Assembly (NCBI GenBank): GCA_002633005.1
Contig: NMRA01000584.1
Span: 64,838-128,837, forward strand
Reading direction: 5' to 3'
Length of the DNA: 64,000 bases
Origin: Phoronis australis
Lineage: Eukaryota > Animalia > Phoronida
In this document: one piece after another, positions 20,805 through 35,169 of the stretch
How positions within the stretch are numbered: position 1 is the first letter of the stretch
Layout of the letters: every line of letters begins with the position of its first letter
The notes under the pieces: generated by a model
What the model was told of the DNA's origin: nothing
Seen by the model: the letters and a program-made list of their open reading frames with translations, nothing else
Databases searched by the model: none
Translations under genes and position numbers: made by a program

Positions 20805-23631
20805 ATGAAAACCACGAGCAAACATTTGTTGACGAAAAGGAAAACCTTCCCATGATGCAAGACCGTGTGTCCAGTGATGAAAGACGGACGCTAAATGTCA
20901 ATAAAGGCGACAAATTATTTTTCTACGTTGTTGTAGCTCAGCATTCCGTGCACGGCGATACACTTTGTTACGGTCCATCTGGTGGTAATGCACTGCGCAG
21001 GAGGTGGCTAAGAAAATACAGTTGGAGGCTAAATTTTCTAGAATTTCTGACCGATCACATTTTTTTCTTCATACTTGCACCAGCCACAAAAACAAGCCTT
21101 TGGTATAGCTCGCGTAATTACGATTCATATTTCCCCCAAGCGTGTGAGTAGTTTTAAAAATTAGAAACGAAGAAAATGTTTGCAACTAATTAGTTTACAA
21201 TTTCCCTCCAAATACAAATAAAGTTTAAGTTTGCGAATGCCCAATAACAAGACTCAATTTTTGTTTACAGAAAATTTAGAAACTTTTTTAACACTGAAAA
21301 CACACAAAGCCTCATCATAGTAAAATTCAGAGTACGGACCTAAATTGCTAGACGCCATTTCATAATTACAGGGTTGTCCCTGAACAAAAATTCAAGCATG
21401 GTACTGACTGCGCGTGTTTTTGCGCCGTAATCTTCCTTCCTGATCACTCAAAAAAAACAACAAGTAACACAGTATTTTCACTATCATTTTTCCTGCAAAA
21501 CAATAAAAGCGGGAACCAGTTTCACTAACTAACGAAATTGCCGTTAATCAGTGACAACTGGTTCTCAGCAGCCATTTTGAAGAGGAACCCGTTTACTCCA
21601 CTTTTACCAAGCTGGAAACCGTTATACAACACAATTTTATTTATTTTCCTAGTAAAGCATAAATAAGCCAGTCCTTTCAAATATGGCTAAAATTTCAAAC
21701 TTGGCCCTGAGCTTTTCAATCATGATTCAAGATTTCCAAAAACAATTCAAACACGGTGCAGTGCAATGTCTCAACACACGTGCGAAAAACACGGGGGTAT
21801 GTAATCGTATTTCATCCGTGCGACTGGTTTAAATGACATCACGACGGCATACACTCAACTCAAACTGGCAACATTTCAACAAAAAGGCAACTTAGGTGAC
21901 TGTATTTTTAACTTCACTCAGGGTTTACGACTCAAATTGAGCCTATTGTCTGTAATTGGATGCGGGGTGCGTGCCTACACCAAGGTAGGGCATTTGTATT
22001 ATCATTAGCTTCTCTACTCGTGGGTAATCAGGATATAAACATATCTCATGACATCGGTGTGCGCAAATAAATTTACGCGAGACTTCATCAAGTGATGGTC
22101 GGATATAACGTACCCAAATTTCGAGAACCAGTTTTATCCGCTGAATGATGGACATCAAAATTGGTTCTCAAAATACGGGCAACACGTTATATCCGACTAT
22201 TGCCCTTTATTTGTCATGCACTTTCGTATAATTTATGTAGGGGAGGAGGGGATCACGATCGGAGCACAAGGTTATAATTGGTGTTTATGTTGCACCCCTT
22301 CTTTTCAGCAGCGTCAAGTGTGTTCGAAAACCACTCTTACAATAAACAACAATTTCCAAATTAATTAATCAAACGCTCAAACACTGAATTGGTAAAATAT
22401 ATGAAGGGTAATTTTTAATTGAGATTTCCAGTCGTCTGCTTCACGTGTATTTACGGTGACCATGTGAAAACAAACTATCGAGAGCGTTAATCTTAGTCAT
22501 GTTTCAGTGTTAAAGAAAACTCTGAAACCACTAATAATAAACAATTTAGACTTCGTGTACTCGACAATAGTGCTCAAAAGAACGGATAAAGCCAGGAGCA
22601 AAATAAGTGTGTACACTTCGCAAATAATAAAATAAACACGGCCTTTTTGTTTTCTTCCAATAAACCAAGTTTAAAAGAACTACAGCTCCGAGCAACGGTC
22701 GCGTGTGAGCTCAGCGTGCCTGCTGTGTTCCAACTGCGCATGGTATCAACATCGGACTGTTATAAAGCCGTCAACCATTATCATGAAACTGGATACGATA
22801 TCCAGACCCAACTTTAAAGACCCCCCTATCACAACTCGCGTGCGAAACTTTTTATCTCGAAAATTAACAGAAACAACGACATAACTGCGGGACATCATTA
22901 CAACAAAACGCTAAGGACACATTCTAATAACCCTAGTTGATAAAAATAAAAGATACAATTTGAGTTCAGTATATCTCTAGAGTAGTAGACTTTTTATCTT
23001 CAAGAAGGGGGATAAGAATCCAGAAGTGCGATAAACGGTCACTAAAGAATGATAATCAAGGCAAATAAGTTTGTAGTCAACTGAAAGCACTTTTCACACC
23101 AGAAAGATAAAATTATCTGATATGCAGTTGCCATTGCGAAGTATGTACAGTAGCTTTCAAATTGAACACAGCGAGTTGGAAAAGATGCCAACACTTATTC
23201 AGTTCAATACTTCGCGCCTATTCCTCAGTCGGCATTTGGATAATCTTGAAATTCAGTTATTTTCTCAGCACTTAGCTAATTAGCTAGTTCAATTAATCAA
23301 AACAGTTCACATCAACAACATCGCTTAAATAAACTGCTTAGTTATCTTCACAAGATATCCGGCCGGGACTTAGCATATATATCATTCTCAAATTTTAGAT
23401 CAGATCACTGATAACCTAAACAGTAACGCAACAGTCGGGCGAATCATGTCTTAATTCATTTAAATGTGAAAAACAGGAGATTCCAGAAATAATTGACAGT
23501 CGATTTTTTCTGACACAGAAAGACACAATTATCTCGCTCTAAAATATTCCGGTCATTATTAAAACGTGATCAGTACGGAGTAAACAAATTTCATGGGTGG
23601 TTACATTACGATAGACGGCCCAGACACTCAC

Positions 23632-23850
23632 CGTTTAGAAGACTGAGTAAATTCAGCTCAAACGAACAGTTTTAGCAGTCGTCTCCAACGTCTGATGGCA
23701 CAATAGTTCAGGATAGGTGAATTTCGACGAAGGTTCTCGTTGACCAAGTCTGCAACTGAGAGGCGTCATAGATTATGGTCAGAGGCCATATCTACTGTTT
23801 GCATAGCATCTTATCCACAACCAATCAGCTAATCACCTTCTACTGATAAC
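23632..23850 (-). promoter_or_regulatory. Candidate non-coding first exon and promoter of GATA-B
   Basis: Consensus donor ACG|GTGAGT at 23632/23631. A CCAATCAG box (23821), GATA motifs (~23810, ~23844) and an octamer-like TTTGCAT lie just upstream. The coding exon has its own acceptor at 19043, so a 5' non-coding exon is expected. Confidence 0.4.
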
Positions 23851-26800
23851 GTTAAAATGGCCGCGCAATAGGTGTTTTGGTATTAAAACATTTAATCACA
23901 TAATCATTCCAACGTCCACAAGATATGTAACTACTCGTGAAAGTTCCGAGTTAAAATGGGTCGCAGTCGTCGCCATGAAGTTTGTATCGTGCGCGTATGT
24001 CTACTCACGAAAGTTTCAACACGCGCACGTGAAATAACAATTTTTTCGTCATAACATCTTGAAAACTCTAGATATTTTCCTACACACTAACCTGTTAATA
24101 AGGCGACGCTTTCCTTTCCTTCATACGGCCAGTTTCAGCGATGAATTACATTCGAGCAGTTTACGATTGTAAACACAACCCATGTACCACGTGCTTCATA
24201 AGTTTCGCCATTTATGCGCGACCATGTTTGAAGGCTCCCAGCTCTTATTGGTTCATATCAGTTAGAGTTGCTAATGGCAACCGTCAAAGTGGCGCCAAAC
24301 TGTCAGATCGACCACTTTGTCCCGCCCACTTTTTCTGAACCGCAGAACCCGTCCGATAAGTCAGTCCCATATTACCGTTTTCATTGCACACGTACAGTAG
24401 ATGGATATTGCATTTCATACACTGGACACGTTTTAATGAAAAATTAAGGCACAGAGTTTCACCTCAATCAACGCGTTGAAATTAAATAATAGATTGAGCT
24501 TCGCATTTCGCAGCGCCAGACCATACAGCAAGCTTGCTCTGACGACAGATATCTACCGGTCACCATTCGCATAGTTATAGACCAAACAACCGTTTTGAAA
24601 ATACCCTTGGCACATGAAATATTTTTAATCACTAAATTTATATATAAGTATGATATTTTTTATTCATGTCACATTTGTGCAGTGTGAGTTGTTTAGCGCT
24701 CACTGCCACATGTGATATGTATGCATCACTCACGGGCAAAACGTGAATCCGCATAGTAACACGAAGCTACTTCGCAGTTTAACTTTTTGCCAGTCATTTG
24801 CATAGATGAACGAATTGCTGTCTATCAGAGGACATGAATGCTGCCTGGACGATTATCGAGACCAAATGTTATGATGCCAAATTCAAGCTGCATTTTAATA
24901 AATTGTTATAAAATGATTTATTCAGTTTAACGGATAAGACTGATATCCAAAATCTTAGTATTTGCCAACATAAAGTGGCCATGCTGTAAAGACGTTGTTT
25001 TTGATAACATACATTTTTCTTCTATACTTGACACCAGTGGGGGTATCTCGCACACAATTCGGTCAGCCGGTATACTCTGTGTCTGTCGTTTAACCTTGGT
25101 CGGTGTCAGCCATGTATGTGTGTGTTTACTTTTGAGCGAAACGTTCACTCAGCCTTATCTCAGAATTATATTAATAATCGCAGCTACAAATACTGATCTA
25201 CAGTTATATTTTCCATTGCTCACTGCAGGTCACAAAATGATTGTTCACAATCTCGAGACGCCACCAACTTGTGTTACCTTGTTTGCTCGGGATGTTTGCT
25301 GTCCCCCCTGTTGCCGGGGGACGCTTCCAAATCTTTCCCAAGAATAAGTTTTAGCAGGGGAAATTGATTGTATTCAAACTGTGCTGTTACAAGGCATGTT
25401 ACTCGTGTTATTGACTACTCCTGAACCCTTTCGTCACTTGTGAACTTGGTATAAGTGTTTTGCCAACGTGCCAATATGTTTATTTGAAATTCATATTCTT
25501 GCCTTTTAGACACAAATATTTACTTGTCGACATTCGCTGTGATTAGTTCAAAAGAAACAGTTTTGATGATTAATTATTACTTGCGGTGGCATATTTCTAG
25601 CACTGAGTTCAAGTGACGCATTTTCATCGCCAAAACATTATGTTTCTCTGTACAGAAAACTTGATACGTCTATCCAGCTGTGGCCAACTTTTATAGTGCG
25701 TGCAGCGTGTGAGGTTCTAGCATCGGTCTAGCCAGGCCTCAGATGTAAGCTTCATGAGTATCCAAACGGCACCGTAAATCATACAATATTATGATTAAAA
25801 ACACAATCAAATGGGACTTGGCTGCAAGAACAAATCCTCAAGTTTTCACCGATTCGTCCAGCAGTACCTTTCCACAGTCTCAGAAAACAATGCTGGGCGG
25901 TAGTTCTGTCCTGCTATGTCATGCACATGATCTGCGATCCACATCTGCATTCTCTCTTGTCACCGAAGTACGAATAACGCGCGTGAGCTCGCCTCGAGCC
26001 ACAATATTCTACCGCAGGAACTATACGGATAACACCTCTTCCGGAAACAAATTTGCGAACACCTCAGTAAGCTGTTCCCGGTAACTATAATTGTATACAA
26101 ACACCCGTCATAACTCGTCTTGGACTGGGACACAGGTCATTTTGCGTCTTGCGTCTCTCCATAAGGGATTCTGGGGAAGAAAAACAGGAATTTTATCACA
26201 ACTCACCATAAAATGTGGACGTGTTCTAAATCATTATATTAAAAGCGAAGTGAAACTAATGTGAGATAAGTGCCTCAGAATCTGCTCGTCAACAGTCCAT
26301 CTAGATGTTCGTATGGATTGTTAAGATTTTTTCTGTTTCAATAAAATGAGAAAAAGATTGTTGAAATTGAACAGTGACAGTAAATCTGAGTGGTGCCTGA
26401 TATCATGTAAATGACCCTCTTCAGACTAACACGAGATCATTGACGCAAATAATTCCATGCTCACTGCAGCATACAGTCATCCATGCACGAGTTTAGTCAA
26501 AGCAGCTTCCAGCTGACTGGACAACTTTCCATATTATCAGCTCTCTTTTATTATATATGTATAGTTTACAGATATTCTTGTAGATATCTTAGCAATGTAA
26601 ACTTAAGTGCGCTAAACCGCTGTTAAATTTGCCATAACTTGCGATAATGGAGAGATACAACATAGCAAAGCCAGGACCAGCCGGTGAGGCTGTGTTATGG
26701 TTTATCATGAGGGTTGGAGATATTTTGTTAACTGCTTTGATAAAAATGTTGTCGAATTAGATATGGCAAATAAATAGATGTACCAGTGCTTTACTAGGTT

Positions 26801-29800
26801 ACATTGAGACGGTTTCTTTGCAGGGAACAAAGTGTAAGGTCGCTGCTCTTCGATGGACTCAAAGGAATTTTTCGAAATTGTTGTGACAAAGCAGAAGAAC
26901 AGTGTTAATGCAAGGACTGTGAAAAACTAAAGCTGTTCGAGAGTCCAAACAGTATAGCGATGCCTGGAGATGTGCCCGGTCCGTAGTAAACAACGCGTTA
27001 CCTCACGACACCAGAATCAGCTGTCACGTGAACACGAATTGGCGAGTACGGTTATTTGTAACCCAAGACGAGCGCTGAGGGAAACTTCACATAATGTTGC
27101 TGTTTTGTAAATAGGATTTTTGGAGAGAGATATATTTATTGTTTTTAATCGAGTTGTAAAACACATCTGTCAGTGTACTTATGGCAAGTGGCATTCAGAC
27201 TGGTCCATTCACACGGTGAACGATATAGCAATGCCATCGTCAGGGTTTTGATATTACTGTGAAAACTGCTTAGAGGTTCACGAGAAATGAGAAGCAAGCA
27301 GAACTTATCGCATGTGTTGTAGACCCATATGAAGTGAATTTATTATTTCACAGATTCAAAGAGGTTGGCCGCCATTTTCCTCACAAATTGGCCATGTTAC
27401 TTATTTGTAAGTCAAAGTGTCACGTGCAATAGTTTCCAAGCATAACGTGTCCTTACGAGAAAAACAAAATATTGGGGTGGATATATTGTTTTAGTATGTA
27501 ACTAGCCATCTCCCGATACGACGGCAACGTAATGAATTTTGGTCCATCGCTAGATGGCGATACAGTACTTGATGGACAATGCTTAACCCGCTATTAACAG
27601 TTCAGTTCTGTGATTTGGATGGTGAGGCAGAGGGATTTCACAACGATTTTATAAATTCTTCTCGACTACCAGACCGTCAAATCTCAGACCACTAATTGTC
27701 TGAGGCAAAATTACCTCTGTTGTGCTGTGGGACATGCAAATGACTTTGATCTGGCACAAGCGGTCCAACGTTGCAATTATCGGTTAAAAGAAATTACATA
27801 GAGTAGACACTTCCACAGTCATACATGGTCACATCACGTGACCCAGTAATTACAATTGCGACCAGGGCATATATAAGAAACGAGAGAAATTGTTTTGTCT
27901 TTGTCAAGTCGGCCTGTCTTGTTCGCTAGAATTTGAAATTGGGTCAAGCGAAAGAGTTTCATGTCGGAATTTGTTATTAGTTGGCGCCTAGCCTGACGGA
28001 AAAAAAATCAAATGTTTTATGGTTGCTGCAAATTTCAACTGAGTGCAGATACCTTCCAAGGGAGAGTTTGATAAGCTTGGTGTCCGACAGTTGAACTATC
28101 GGAAGTGTGCAAAGAATTCCGTGTGAACCAATTAATACTGAATTTTGTTATTCCGAATTACGTAGAAAATAAATATGAAACTAAATGAGATGATCCATAT
28201 CCTTAATACTGTTGTTTGACAAAACGTAGAATATATAGGAGTTTTGAGCCTCTCTGGAAGGGACGTTCAACGTGAAGTCAATTTTACTTTAAAATCGAAC
28301 ACTAGTGATGTAATATTTGGTAACCCCGATGAAGAAAAAATAGTTTACCGTGTATTGTGTTTGACTTAATACCGTGTGTAATCCTGAAGACTAACAGACA
28401 TATTTGTAATTATTCAAAATGATTTATTGAATTTTTATGCTGAAAAATATTTTCACAAAAATGTGATTTGACTGGTTATGAAAACATGTACTCCTATGGC
28501 CACCATGTTTGTTCAATCATCCATTGTTGCTTTGTTCTTCTCGTATTGGAATGTGACGTGCGAAAAAAATGCACTAGTTGTCATGTATTATATTCATTCT
28601 TTAAACTATGCAGTGTATCTTGTATTACGGCTATACCTGTGGCGTAAATGTATTACATAGAGAAAAATAAACATGCGGAACGTAATACAAAAGAAAATGC
28701 TAGACTGGTAAGCAAAGAACTATTGACCAATGGAAGTTGTCGGAAGACCGGGATTTGTGGTATCAATCTCCCTGCCAATGTTTAACCACTTAAGGCCATT
28801 TAACGTTCTTGTATTATCTTGCCTTTTGATTGTCCAATACTCGAAATAGACGGGTCTTTATTGATTATGCAGCCAAACAAAGTTGAAAAAGTATCACTTG
28901 AAATAAACACATTTTGTTTCTGCTTCATAGACCTGAGAGTGCTGGTTAATTATCCAATCTATATGATGGTTAATGAAGAGGACTTTGTGATATTAAATTT
29001 TATGTCATTTGATTAATTACAACGATAAAAATGAACGCATCTTATTGTTATGAAAACTAGCGCGAAGTATTTCTACAAAAATCGAAATTCTTTGTCATCA
29101 GAGTGTTTCTTTCGAAACTTTTTTGCCTGTTTGGCCATTCCAGCACATCTGACAGATGTTCTCCTCATTAACGACACTTAGACTGCATCTTTATCCGTCC
29201 CTAACTTACTTTTGCGAGTGTTTTAAGCAGCAATACATAAGAGAAAATGAAATTCTAATAGCGCCATCAATCATATGATTGACACTAAGGTGTCCATTTG
29301 CGTGCTTATGAACCACCGTTTTGTTGAGGGTGCAAGGGCCTCTTAAACTCCCGACATGTCAATAGTTTTATGGCGTTAAACAGCGCGCAGCTCTGGCCTG
29401 TCTCACTCTAATGCGTCTCAACTTTCTCAAGTTTATTGTTGTCTATGTGTTGACCTACACTTGTAAATTTTCTCTTAATTTTCAACATGTGTTTAACACG
29501 TTTCATGAATGATGGGAAAGTATTTTTTGAACGCAACGCAAACTACTTTTGGAACATGTTACATACAGTTCTACATCGTTTATTTGTGTAACCGTGTTAT
29601 AAAGACGTAATTCGGCCAAAACGTATCAGTTTTACCATGTTATTGCAACGTCACCTTTCCACGAATAGACGTTTTTTGTTTTAAATTAGAGTATTTCTCC
29701 TTTTTAGTCACGTTTTTACAGTCTAAGTGGCAATGTATAACAATAAAAAAATCCAGTTCAATTAAGGATTGGCTACATTCGATTGAGAACACGCCTTCAA

Positions 29801-30856
29801 CACACAGACAGCGATGCGAACTCAACGGCCTGTTCATGTATGTGGAGATACACGCTCTGTTTGAAGACGGAAAAGTATTCTTTAATTGTTCGAGTGTCTG
29901 TTCGCAGCAGTGATACACTGACACGTTATGTTTGACGTTGTAACACTCGAACGAGTCGCCGCTGTTAATTGACTAAACATTTCATACAAAGGGCGACATT
30001 TTTCTCTCGATCGTCTTTACTCGGCCACTCTTTTCATCATTTAAACAGATATTCACCGCACGGAAATGGCTTTGTCTCACTCAGCATTGTTCAAACACAT
30101 GCCTTTTGATTTAAAATGCTAGTAGAGAAGATTCAGGTTCATAACAATCAAACAATTCAATAGAGGCTGGAGAGACGCCTATTGATGGGGGACGAGCAGA
30201 GACGCTGTCTTCACACAAACGTTAAGACATACTGGTGAAAAAATGTCCTGGATGAATATTCGTCCAATCGCAACTTTTCCATGCAGATTAATGATGTGTT
30301 TAAAATACATGGAAGTTTAATTAAAAACAAAAAGGGCGATCCTAGCTTCTCTGATAATCAAATAAAATTAGACAGGGGAGCAGTCTAAATAAACGTGAAC
30401 ACAAAAGAATTGAAGGGATATTCAAATAAAACTTTGAGACGTGGAACTTTGATCAGCTGTTATTAACCAAATGAAATATTGTACCCATAATATAGAAATG
30501 ACATTTTTATGTCGCGTCGGACCGCGCTCCAGTGTCAACAGGGAGTATCTATCGAGGGTAATTTACGCGTTTATAAGTCTATTCATTAAAGTACCAGTAT
30601 TACGATGGGATCTGTTTATTATTTTATATTGTAATTGAATTGGGAATTCCTATACACTTGTTTTGTGTGGGTTGTACTTAGTGGTTAATTGTGGGAAATT
30701 AGTCATAAAAATATGATTTATGATTCAACTTCGAAATTCTTATGCGAGGTTGAGTACCGCAATTTCACGAACAACACTCACCGACTCGAAAATTTTCATT
30801 CATTCATGAAAATAAAGCGCACGATTTCGAACATCGTGTGATTTGTTTAGTCAATG

Positions 30857-31010
30857 AAGAGGCGGATCCAGGATTTTGTGTTAAGGGGCCAGGGCAGAGT
30901 ATTAGCCAGGGTTTTGCCCGTCAGATATTCGCACCCCCGAACTGCCACATGGAATCTGGGAGAATTTTAAGGGGGCATGGCCCCCTTGCCCCCCCTTAAA
31001 TCCGCCACTG
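30857..31010. mobile_element. Short hAT-like MITE (CAGTGGCGGAT-type termini)
   Basis: Left gaggcggatccagg, right ttaaatccgccactg, and an internal gggggcatggccccc hairpin. Confidence 0.6.
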
Positions 31011-31267
31011 CAATGGCCAAGCAAAACTGAACTGATCTTTTCTTTTATTTGCCATTTTACCCATGAGAAGTGTTGAACTGACTTGACAAATGAGTTATTG
31101 GTGTTTATTTCTTGCAGACACAGCACTATTAAAGACCAATAGTGTGTATGAGTTTTATCCAGTGATTTTACGGACACATCACTGTGAACAATGTTTACCT
31201 CGAACGTGCCACTGTGAACTAATGTTACTAATCTATTCTGTGATACTGGAATTCCGGGATAAACTAA

Positions 31268-31605
31268 GGCCCGGGGTCTAATCTTGTACTCAAAATCGAA
31301 TTCGAAACAATTTTTCCCATTTTCAGTTTAACTTTTCTGTGAACTCCAAATATTACTGTATGCTCGAGTACATTTTGGCTTACGTGAATAACTTACAAAT
31401 CCTAGTTTACACTCAAAATATCGAGTTTTTACTCGAATTAGTAGCACGAATGTAGGGGTCTCAAGTGCATGCTTGGACTAAAAACTCGCACGCGTATACC
31501 ATAATGTACTCGAGCACAGACTATAGCCAGTTATGTTAAGTTCGCACAAAACTAGAACAGAAAATGCCAAAAATAATTTCGAGTACAAAGACTATACCCT
31601 GGCCC
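31268..31605. mobile_element. MITE with ~28 bp imperfect TIRs, Harbinger-like
   Basis: ggcccggggtctaatcttgtactcaaaat versus reverse complement of atttcgagtacaaagactataccctggcc; flanked by TAA / TAG. Confidence 0.65.
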
Positions 31606-31674
31606 TAGAACTCTAAATGATAAGCTTTCACTATGTGCATTTTAAGCACAACTACAATACCCATCACGCGGGCG

Positions 31675-31825
31675 TCTTCAATATGAACGCTACCTGAGCG
31701 AACTCTCCTCCACGTGAACGCTGCCTGCGCGTGCTGTCTTCCATGTGAACACTGTCTGCGCGTGCTCTCTTCCATGTGAACGGTGCATGCCTGCGCGTGC
31801 TCTCTTCCATGTGAACGCTGCTTGT
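31675..31825. repeat. Minisatellite, ~31 bp unit, ~5 copies
   Basis: Repeated tgcctgcgcgtgctctcttccatgtgaac. Confidence 0.85.
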
Positions 31826-32814
31826 CTGTCATTCGTTTCTCTTCCTTCCATTCACATTGTCTATTCTCTTCTCAAATCTCCAGTTGAACCTTAGCTGTAT
31901 AAAATCTTACTTTTTATATATTGAATTTCCTTTTTGATTAAGTAGCTTGTCGATCATTTTCAACAGATTACCGCTAAAGTAAGGGCAAGGTGAACTAAAA
32001 ACGTTCATATTGGAAATATCCTCTAGGTTCAAGCACAGTTGTTGATAACGGCCTCTCTTGTTTCAAAATCATTCCCAGTTGCATGATTTTTGCTCTCTTT
32101 TTTCTCCTTTGTTCTTAATTAAAACAGGAAATAATATCCGTTTGCTTCACAATGGTGCCCTTCCAGGTTGATTTGAATGAAAGAACTCCTTTAAGTAGTT
32201 AACTGACAACGCCCGCATGAAAATACTATTACTTTGCAATTACAGAAAAACTGTAAAAGCCCCGTAAGGTCGGCAACATTGTCATATTGCGCAAGTCTTC
32301 ATTGGCGTCGCTGCATTGTCTAAACAAGCACGGATTAGCTATGAACTAACGGATTAAAAAGTTTATCAAATAATATTGTGATCATTCCGCGTGTAAGCAT
32401 GTCGCCCGACGGCGAAGCCGCATCGTTTTCAATGCTACGCTTTGCAATCTAACTAAAACATGAATTTGTGCTTTGCTTGTCAATAACAACTTAACATTAC
32501 ATGCAGTGCTTTGTCGCAGACATGTTGAAGGTACAATTACAAGTTTTGATGCATTATATGTCAAATTATATGTTACCTCAAGGAAAGTAAATACCAGGCT
32601 TGGTCAATACTCTGGCTGAAACGTGCAGTGTTTCTGTAAATATCGACGCTCTGGTTTTATCAGTGAAAACCTTTCGTCATCGATAGTTGATCAAAACATT
32701 CAGATTTTCATTGGATTGGATCACGAAATTCTTTGTGCTTCCCAAGATCTGGATTTTTCATTCAACAAATCAAAACTAATTTCAACGAGATTTACAATCA
32801 AAGACAATAAGCAT

Positions 32815-32999
32815 AACTATAATGGTAAATAGTTATAACGATATTATTTTTACCATTACTATCATTATTGTTATTACTATTATTGTTATTGGCATTATTA
32901 TCGTTATAATTATTATTATTATTATTATTAACGTTATCACTATTGTTATTGTTACTGTTATTATAATTAACAGTATTATTATTATTATTATTATTATTG

Positions 33000-33055
<56 letters not shown>

Positions 33056-33100
33056 TTTGGTGGTGGTGATTGTTGTTGTTACTGTTGATAGCAGCATCAT
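32815..33100. repeat. (ATT)n/(ATC)n trinucleotide low-complexity tract
   Basis: Direct reading. Confidence 0.9.
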
Positions 33101-33219
33101 CTGAGTTTAATTACACATTCTGCCCAACGCAAAGGGTGGGTACCGACTCGTATACCATCAATTCTGATTTTTCGTTGCTCCTGTTTTAATATAAAATCAC
33201 AGGAATTATACTTCATGAC

Positions 33220-34284
33220 AAGAAACTGCTCAACTTTGCCTGCAAAGCCACGTCATGTTATTAAAAATAAATCACTAAACAGCAGCGAATGCGCGGGGAG
33301 GGCAATGGTTTTGTAAGGACATTGTCGATCGAGTCGTGTAAAACTGTTATAGTATGAAAAGAATAGTTGTTTCTCCAGTACTCGGAACATGGGCCCGTAA
33401 TCTTTTTCCGTGCAGTCCCACGTGACTGCGAGAGCCACGGGTGGCCCGGTGATAATCACACTGACTATCTTCAGTCAGACTCGGTAAACAACGGGACGGG
33501 TAACACTTGTCAGGCACAGTAATTAATGGACAACCCTGGGAAACACCATACTTGACGCTCCTCCAAGGTGTCAACGACAACTTCTCGAAAACGCCAAGAC
33601 GACAAGTCTTGGAGCCAGGGTTTAAGATTGAAAAAATAAATCTATCTAGAAATAAGCAATAAATTTCTGTCTCAGTCAACCAGTCGTGTTTTCTTTTCTA
33701 CCAATTGAGATAGGGACTGAAACTTTCTTCACTTGACGTTTTANAAGAAACTGCTCCAATATCGGTAGTGTCAATTTTGCCTGCAAAGTCACGTCATGTT
33801 ATTAACAATAAATCACTAAACAGCAGCGAATCCGCGGGGAGGGCAATGGTTTTGTAGGGACATTGTCGATCGAGTGGTGTAAAACTGTTATAGTATGAAA
33901 GGAATAGTTGTTTCTCCAGTACTCGGAACATGGGCCCGTAATCTTTTTCCGTGCAGTCCCACGTGACTGCGAGAGCCACGGGTGGCCCGGTGATAATCAC
34001 AGTGACTATCTTCAGTCAGACTCGGTAAACAACGGGACGGGTAACACTTGTCAGGCACAGTAATTAATGGACAACCCTGGGAAACACCATACTTGACGCT
34101 CCTCCAAGGTGTCAACGACAACTTCTCGAAAACGCCAAGACGACAAGTCTTGGAGCCAGGGTTTAAGATTGAAAAAATAAATCTATCTAGAAATAAGCAA
34201 TAAATTTCTGCCTCAGTCAACCAGTCGTGTTTTCTTTTCTACCAATTGAGATAGGGACTGAAACTTTCTTCACTTGACGTTTTA
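33220..34284. repeat. Near-identical tandem duplication of a ~540 bp segment, joined at an N
   Basis: 33220-33743 versus 33745-34284 (offset 541); a few SNPs and one short indel; N at 33744. Confidence 0.92.
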
Positions 34285-34289
34285 TATAA

Positions 34290-34660
34290 ATTAATAATAA
34301 CGATGATGATACCAATAATTATAATAGTAACGATAATATTAATAATAATATTCTTATTAATTATTCTTATTATTAATTGTTATGATTATTATTAATTATT
34401 ATTATCAATAATGTTCATTATTATTAATTATTTGTTATTGTTATTATCAGCATTAGCAGAGTTATCATTATTAGCAGTATTATTATTATCATCAATATAA
34501 ATCAACATAATTATCGTTTTCATAGTTATTATCATTATCATTATTGTTATTATCACAATCCTTATCAATACTATTATCTAGTTTATTATTATTTATTATT
34601 AATAATAATTAGTATCATAATTATCAATATTCTTATGATTATTATTAGTATTACCATCAC
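34290..34660. repeat. Degenerate (ATT)n tract
   Basis: Direct reading. Confidence 0.8.
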
Positions 34661-35169
34661 TGTTGCATGTGACCAAAAGGAGCGTTGGAAAGAACGACAA
34701 CGAGACCACAGATTATCAAAAATCATAAAACATCGGTTTTAGCTTTTGAAATGATCTGAAAATAGACACGCTCAAATTCCTTGTTCTTATCCGTACGAGA
34801 TGCCGGAATGCATTAAGGATTTCGTTGGTAAAGAGGTCGCATTTTTAAACGTTTTCAAACAGTGCCGTAACGCTATTAAACAGTAGCTATGTTAAGCAAA
34901 TGTGTCATAGTTAAACAAGTTACACGTGTAGACATTATTGAAACCAATTCTTATGATAGAAAATTTGTTAAAGGTTTTAAGGGTGACAGGTATAGAAAGA
35001 CATTGGCAAGATTTAGATGCTCAATTAGGACGGTAGTTTGATATTCCTTCATTGTATATTGTCCTTCGACAGCAGCAATAGTTAGTATTACTTCTAGTCG
35101 TAAACTGTTCCTCTTACTGCTACTACATATACTAGTGGGAGTATAGGACGGTACTAGCTCTGAAGGAAG

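Noticed and set aside
31675-31825. CRISPR-like periodic repeat
   Set aside because: Eukaryotic context, contiguous units without unique spacers and no cas genes; it is a minisatellite.
33253-34220. Duplicated ORFs (68 and 110 aa) as a tandem gene pair
   Set aside because: No recognisable protein features; they simply reflect the 540-bp duplication.
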